NCBI RefSeq assembly: GCF_003072485.1 | Contig: NZ_CP025989.1 | Location: forward strand, 360,001 to 392,000 | Length of the DNA stretch: 32,000 nt | DNA from: Candidatus Fokinia solitaria | GTDB taxonomy: Bacteria > Pseudomonadota > Alphaproteobacteria > Rickettsiales > Midichloriaceae | Direction of reading: 5' to 3' | Shown: positions 29,871-32,000 of the stretch, piece by piece | Position numbering within the stretch: position 1 is the first letter of the stretch | Layout of the letters: each line of letters opens with the position of its first letter | Translations under genes and position numbers: made by a program | Notes under the pieces: generated by a model | The model's database searches: none | Told to the model about the DNA's origin: nothing | Seen by the model: only the letters and a program-made list of their open reading frames with translations

Positions 29871-30173
29871 TGCATTCAGATCTCCATGAGTTCGTAGCGC
29901 GTCAGGAAGGTAATATGGCTTACCATCAAGAGTGCATAACAGTTCTTCAACAGCTTCGCCAAGTATACTGAAAGGCCCCCATAGCTTTGGGAATTTTTGT
30001 GCTAACTCCTTCCGAGATATATCTCCGCTTTTATGAAGAAGAAGTTCTAATACCTCAGATGAGATAGGTAGAATTGTTTTACAGCATCTGTGAACAATTC
30101 CATGTACCGTCTCATATTCAGATGCGTTCTTCTTGTATTTAGTATTATCTTTATCTATCATTATAAATATCAA
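29661..30173 (-). CDS. Small partner protein 3, head-to-head with HExxH protein 3
   Basis: 170 aa with a distinct N-terminal half 'VHGIVHRCCKTILPISSEVLELLLHKSGDISRKELAQKFPKL...LDGKPYYLPDALRTH'. The tail IRSIAVPIFMEEAQMML...HYSDSDSID is identical to partner 2. Confidence 0.82.
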   Translation of the reverse strand: MIFIMIDKDNTKYKKNASEYETVHGIVHRCCKTILPISSEVLELLLHKSGDISRKELAQKFPKLWGPFSILGEAVEELLCTLDGKPYYLPDALRTHGDLNAAIRSIAVPIFMEEAQMMLQNQATPHHVTSNHLQQQQVAAPSPEQSQCAAPHSEIHDNSAMHYSDSDSID

Positions 30174-30196
30174 TCTAATATGTTGTTATATAGTAT

Positions 30197-32000
30197 ATGC
30201 AAGGAAAAAATAATAGTCAATTGATGGAAGTATTGCTCAAGGATGAAGCTGCTTTTCGGCAGTTAGCTGAGCAGAATGATGACAATCTTGCAGGAATAGC
30301 AGGAAAATTCGTATACCAGCTAGATTATGAAGCGTATCATTCTTTGTTCTATCGTAGCCTTGTGCACTTTATATCGCATAATGAGACACTTAAGCACTAT
30401 CGAGATATGGTATTGGAGGCGCAGAAGTATGGACTACCAATCGAGACAGTAGAGAGATTAAAAGCATCACATGAGGAAAAAAAAGGAGAATTCATAAAGC
30501 GATATAATGATCAATTAAACTACATCAGAGAAAAAGAAGTAAGTAATGTATTAAAGGAGAATAGAACACTTCTCGAAATAGCGCTAAAAGAAAATAATGA
30601 AGATAAAGATTTTTTAAAAGCGCTATTTACAGCATTATCAGCTAATAACCGCCCTCATGTTATTACTCTTGCTCCTCTCAGAATGAATATTCGTGGAGGT
30701 TTTTATAACTTACGAAATGATTCGATTACTCTATTTCAGGATGATTCGCGATATAGATCTCATTATACAGTGTCTACCCTTGTGCATGAACTTATGCATA
30801 GATTCGCTTACTGTTACAATGGGGCAGAATTGGTAATAAAGAGAGAGAAAATGGTTGAAGACTTTTTAAACCAATTTCCACCTTCGCTTCATTTTGTGAT
30901 ACTTAAGAAAATGGCGGATGACTTTGCAATATTGACTGATAAGATGATATCTCAACATTATGTTGATAAAGTAGAAGAACAGGATAACTTGAAAGATAGA
31001 AAAGAGCATTTTATTGGGCACATTATGGGCGAGGTAGCGACGAGAGTATATGACTTAGTTCGAGACAGAGCTCAAGGTATAGATCAGACTGGGTTTCCTG
31101 TTACAGTAGAGGTAAGAAAGTTCTTTCAAGAGGTAGTGAAGAGCGAAATATCAGCATTTGAGAAGTATGGTATAACAAAAGATTGGCAGGATCAAATGAA
31201 GAGTTTTGCGGCTCGAGGAGCGGCGATGGATGCCTCTATTACTGCTATAATAACTTCTAGTCAATATTGTACAATAAATGAGGCTGCTTTGATGCAAATG
31301 TTAGTGGATATCGATCAATACGGCAGCCAGATACACAAAAAAGATCCGAAATTCACAATTATGCTCGAGTTAGAGCACAATGCTGTAAAAGGGATACTCT
31401 CTATAAAAAAGAAAGAATTTCAGGAAAATATTAACAATTATGAGCAACTGATAAATTTGTCGCAAGGAATAAGAAAGCTTGAAAAAGCAGTATCTAAAAT
31501 GATTTGTGCAAAAGAAGTAGGGAATTTTCGGAACTTAAAGGAGAAAATCGACAAAAGTATAATGACTGCTTTCGAAAAATTTTCTGATGAAAAAAATGAT
31601 TTTGTAGCTCTGATAGATCTTTTAGGAGGAATAAAGAGCTTTGCAACGATCTCTCAAGATGATAGTCTGAAGAAAACACTCAACTCTTATGAGAGAAAAG
31701 TAACGACAAAGCTTCAAGGTAATAGTAACATTCCACAATTTCTTGGCGCAGATATAAAAGCGTATATTGAAAAAATAACACAGTCTTTGGAAAAAATGAA
31801 TGCTAAGGAAGATTTGGAAAAAGCGGCAAAAGATCTGGAAGACAGGTACGTAAAGTGTTCGCACAGACTTGCTACACTTCTTTCGTGCAACAGCGAAATG
31901 TTTACTGACATAATAATGGAAGTGCAAGATAAAAGTCGTAATGCGTGCTATAATCTATTAGGCGAGATAGAGCGTAAAAAGAATACGTTTGTAGTACAGC
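30197..32000 (+). CDS. HExxH zincin-like protein 3, incomplete at the window edge (not in the supplied track)
   Basis: Own translation from ATG 30197: MQGKNNSQLMEVLLKDEAAFRQLAEQ...RPHVITLAPLRMNIRGGFYNLRNDSITLFQDDSRYRSHYTVSTLVHELMHRFAYCYNGAELVIKREKMVEDFLNQFPPSLHFVILKKMADDFAILTDKMISQHYVD...GHIMGEVATRVYD. HExxH codons are 30785-30799. About 600 codons are open with no stop before 32000. Confidence 0.9.
   Translation, partial: MQGKNNSQLMEVLLKDEAAFRQLAEQNDDNLAGIAGKFVYQLDYEAYHSLFYRSLVHFISHNETLKHYRDMVLEAQKYGLPIETVERLKASHEEKKGEFIKRYNDQLNYIREKEVSNVLKENRTLLEIALKENNEDKDFLKALFTALSANNRPHVITLAPLRMNIRGGFYNLRNDSITLFQDDSRYRSHYTVSTLVHELMHRFAYCYNGAELVIKREKMVEDFLNQFPPSLHFVILKKMADDFAILTDKMISQHYVDKVEEQDNLKDRKEHFIGHIMGEVATRVYDLVRDRAQGIDQTGFPVTVEVRKFFQEVVKSEISAFEKYGITKDWQDQMKSFAARGAAMDASITAIITSSQYCTINEAALMQMLVDIDQYGSQIHKKDPKFTIMLELEHNAVKGILSIKKKEFQENINNYEQLINLSQGIRKLEKAVSKMICAKEVGNFRNLKEKIDKSIMTAFEKFSDEKNDFVALIDLLGGIKSFATISQDDSLKKTLNSYERKVTTKLQGNSNIPQFLGADIKAYIEKITQSLEKMNAKEDLEKAAKDLEDRYVKCSHRLATLLSCNSEMFTDIIMEVQDKSRNACYNLLGEIERKKNTFVVQ

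Noticed and set aside
31494-31927. Minus-strand ORFs at 31494..31679, 31622..31927 and 31714..31911
   Set aside because: Antisense to the long open frame from 30197 encoding HExxH protein 3.
1-32000. tRNA, rRNA, tmRNA or phage structural genes
   Set aside because: By eye I found no convincing tRNA T-arm/acceptor pattern, no rRNA conserved cores, and no capsid, terminase or integrase motifs. tRNAscan-SE/Infernal would be needed to exclude small RNAs.
24024-32000. Calling the three loci a proven toxin-antitoxin system
   Set aside because: Architecture and motifs suggest it, but partner size (160-172 aa), lack of a recognisable DNA-binding domain and absence of functional data leave inhibitor, chaperone or host-effector roles equally open.

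Overview
AT-rich window, probably from a Rickettsiales-like alphaproteobacterial endosymbiont (inferred from gene content only). Housekeeping genes fill roughly 1-18.2 kb: ileS N-terminus, a TLC/NTT-like carrier, ftsK, ppa, prfB with a likely +1 frameshift, a NusG-like fragment, a LOG family gene, a HAD hydrolase, cvpA, smpB, truA, an ABC substrate-binding protein, a DUF167 gene, a DUF3857/transglutaminase-like protein, recA and a glpX-type FBPase. glmS lies at 22.2-24.0 kb. The most interesting region is 24.0-32.0 kb. It holds three head-to-head (divergent) loci, each pairing an HExxH zincin-like protein with a small ~160-172 aa protein that has a Q-rich, acidic tail. (1) 24024-25237(-), apparently split by two frameshifts, pairs with 25269-25754(+). 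(2) 26821-29430(+), with a long N-terminal array of 11/13-aa FYxSL repeats, pairs with 26268-26786(-). (3) 30197->32000(+), absent from the supplied ORF track and running off the window edge, pairs with 29661-30173(-). The three HExxH proteins share an extended signature (HExxH...NG...KM..[ED]FL.Q...DF.ILT...H...GE[VI].T). Two of the small proteins have different N-terminal halves but identical C-terminal halves inside a ~337 bp near-identical direct repeat. A fourth, diverged partner-like gene lies at 21697-22158. Other points of interest are a decaying His-rich 102-bp tandem-repeat gene (about 0.7-1.75 kb) interrupted by a G-rich tract, and an N-terminally truncated NusG.
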